Source: Pseudomonadota bacterium | Lineage (GTDB): Bacteria; Pseudomonadota; Alphaproteobacteria; Caulobacterales; Caulobacteraceae | Assembly (NCBI GenBank): GCA_023445705.1 | Contig: JAEXKM010000475.1 | Location: 1 to 47,357, forward strand | Direction: 5' to 3' | DNA: 47,357 nt | Shown here: in pieces, positions 45,551 through 47,357 of the stretch | How the letters are laid out: each line of letters starts with the position of its first letter | Position numbering within the stretch: position 1 is the first letter of the stretch | Position numbers and translations under genes: made by a program | The notes under the pieces: generated by a model | Database searches by the model: none | Seen by the model: the letters and a program-made list of their open reading frames with translations, nothing else | What the model was told of the DNA's origin: nothing

Positions 45551-45832
45551 ACTGGCGGGCTCGGCATTTCGTCGCAGACACTAACACAGTCGCGGTAGGG
45601 AGGCTCCATGAAGTGATGCCTAGACCGGACTTGAGCGCGGCCGGTCCTTCACCAAGCCCCGCGCCTCGAGCTCTAGCGAGCCGTTTCCGAGCTGGGGATG
45701 GATGTCCAGTAGTGGCGCTAGGCGGCGGCCATTCTGCCGCCCAACCGTGCGGCGCCGGACTGCGAACGTTCGAGACGTCTCTCCTGGGCTCATCGCTGCC
45801 CCTGACAATGTCCGCCTTTTGGAGTGGCAGCT

Positions 45833-47357
45833 TCAGTAGGCACCGACGATCTTGACGACCTTCTTGCACTGAGCCCGAAGCTGGGTCGGGTCCGGCCGCG
45901 ACGTGCCTCGGTGATGATCCGGGCGGCTGAACTCATTCAGACTACGGAGGTCGGCGCGATGGTCGTAAAGGTGGTCGGCCGACCCGGCCGCGTCAATCTC
46001 CTCGACCATGGCGCCCAAAAGCGTTCGCGCCGCGAAACGTCCTGGAAATCGCAGATCGATATACTCTTCGACGAAGACCCTGATGTCGCTGGCTAACAGC
46101 GCGGGTGAACAACCGGTGAGATGCTGGCCTGTCGAGGCATAGGCACGGATACGTTCACCCCGCCGGACGTAGTCGGTCTTCACCTCGTCCTCTACGTTCC
46201 ACGCTTTCAAGTTGGCCACCCAGTCGCTTTCAGCGACGATTTGGTGCTGGGTCACCGCTAGAGGACCCTTGTCCTTCTCGATAAGGTGCAGGAAGCGGGG
46301 ATCATGCGACAGCACCACCACCTGCCGGGCGCTGGCCGCGATCAACCGAATCTGAGACGCGGTCTCGAACTGGCGCGCCGTGTCTTGGCTGTTGAACGGG
46401 TCGTCGAATACTACGATGCAATCGTCTATGTCGACGCGCTGCCGGACTTGGGTGATGAAGAGCGCCAGCGCCAAGCTGGACTTATCGCCGGCGCTAAGGA
46501 CGGTGCGGAAACTAGGTTTGGTCACATTTCCTGACTCGCCAGCCTTCAGGATATGGCCGTTGACGTCTATGCAATATTCGGTGTTCGGGTCGCGCCCGAC
46601 ATAGCTGGCCTTGGTTTGACACAAGCGGAAGTTGGCACCGAACGCCTCCAACAGTTCATTGATTCCCGCCTCGTAGGCCGTCGCCGTGGCCTCGACGTGC
46701 GCAGTAAGGGCCTTCTGGGCGTTTGTCCGGTCGGTAGCCAGCGTAGTGCGTTCCGCTGTCTTAGCGATCCAATTGTCGCATAGGGTTTTCAGTGGCTCAT
46801 GAGCCTTGGCCTGCAGCGCGACCCGCTTGTCGACTGCCTCTTGGAGCTCGCGCAACTGCGCCGGCGTCAGCCGCGCCTCATTCTCCTTCCGGACGACCTC
46901 GATGGCCTGATTGCAAGCGAGAATCTGGCGAGCATGGTCCTCGAGACGCATGATCGCCTCCTGGGCGTGTCGCGCCTGATCCGCGTTGAGCGAGAGCGGC
47001 TCCAGAGGAGCGACGACTTTCCGCTCCAGGGCCGCCGCGACCGCGCCGAACGCTTCATCGATCACAGCGAGGTCGGCCTCGCCCAGGTCGTCGAGCGGCG
47101 GAAGCTCGCCGACCTGGCGCCAGAACTCCATCGCCGAGCGGTTGGCCTGCACAACCTCGCGGACGCTGCCGGTCTGTCCGGCCGCGAGCAGGGCCTTAAA
47201 GATCGACAATTGTGTTTCCAGGGTGCCGACGAGGGCCGTGAAGGCGACGCCAAACATCACCTTGAAGTCGGCCGCGATCGCAGAGGCCCTCAAGTCCTGG
47301 TCACAATATGGGCAGGTCTCCTTGGCCCGGTCGGTCCCGTAGACGAGCCAGCGGCGG
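45833..47357 (-). CDS. RloC-like ABC/SMC ATPase with zinc hook and C-terminal HEPN-like domain (5' end outside the window)
   Basis: Frame stays open past the window end; CPYC at 47303-47314, coiled coil, LSAGD signature, VFDDP Walker B, LSHD H-loop, C-terminal IR.FVE...RSLNEFSRPDHH. Confidence 0.8.
   Translation of the reverse strand, partial: RRWLVYGTDRAKETCPYCDQDLRASAIAADFKVMFGVAFTALVGTLETQLSIFKALLAAGQTGSVREVVQANRSAMEFWRQVGELPPLDDLGEADLAVIDEAFGAVAAALERKVVAPLEPLSLNADQARHAQEAIMRLEDHARQILACNQAIEVVRKENEARLTPAQLRELQEAVDKRVALQAKAHEPLKTLCDNWIAKTAERTTLATDRTNAQKALTAHVEATATAYEAGINELLEAFGANFRLCQTKASYVGRDPNTEYCIDVNGHILKAGESGNVTKPSFRTVLSAGDKSSLALALFITQVRQRVDIDDCIVVFDDPFNSQDTARQFETASQIRLIAASARQVVVLSHDPRFLHLIEKDKGPLAVTQHQIVAESDWVANLKAWNVEDEVKTDYVRRGERIRAYASTGQHLTGCSPALLASDIRVFVEEYIDLRFPGRFAARTLLGAMVEEIDAAGSADHLYDHRADLRSLNEFSRPDHHRGTSRPDPTQLRAQCKKVVKIVGAY

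Noticed and set aside
1..47357. tRNA, rRNA or IS transposase
   Set aside because: None recognised by eye; tRNAscan-SE and ISfinder would be needed to exclude them formally.

Overview
GC-rich alphaproteobacterial (Caulobacteraceae-like, inferred) plasmid or plasmid-derived segment. Left to right: (1) 1-6800, respiratory cargo (caa3-type coxI partial, coxII, cytochrome c, di-haem c4, cytochrome b561, CtaG, sorbosone dehydrogenase, DUF2231); (2) 7100-11750, two tandem serine recombinases behind a CI-like HTH-S24 repressor with a visible operator pair, plus an Xre/RES toxin-antitoxin; (3) 11750-17750, nuclease and stress accessory genes; (4) 17870-30276, a lasso peptide cluster with a 38-aa precursor hidden inside a longer ORF call (core GPPGGQFEELTEQREA), B, C, isopeptidase, TonB receptor and ECF sigma but no FecR, followed by XRE, APS-kinase-like, ABC exporter, GNAT and GntR genes; (5) 30337-36704, mobilisation genes (TrbB, TraG, MOBQ relaxase, oriT, Mob accessory, SleB hydrolase, TraF) with no mating-pair genes in view; (6) 36768-42090, replicon (parB, parA, iterons, repA, 16-bp palindromes, ssb); (7) 42500-47357, a defence-like island (MNT-HEPN, a STAS/GHKL-STAS-PIN triad, an RloC-like ABC-ATPase) separated by degenerate repeats. 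The best candidates for new biology are the kinase-STAS-PIN triad, the extended lasso locus and the repressor-linked twin recombinases. All family assignments come from motif recognition; no database searches were run.
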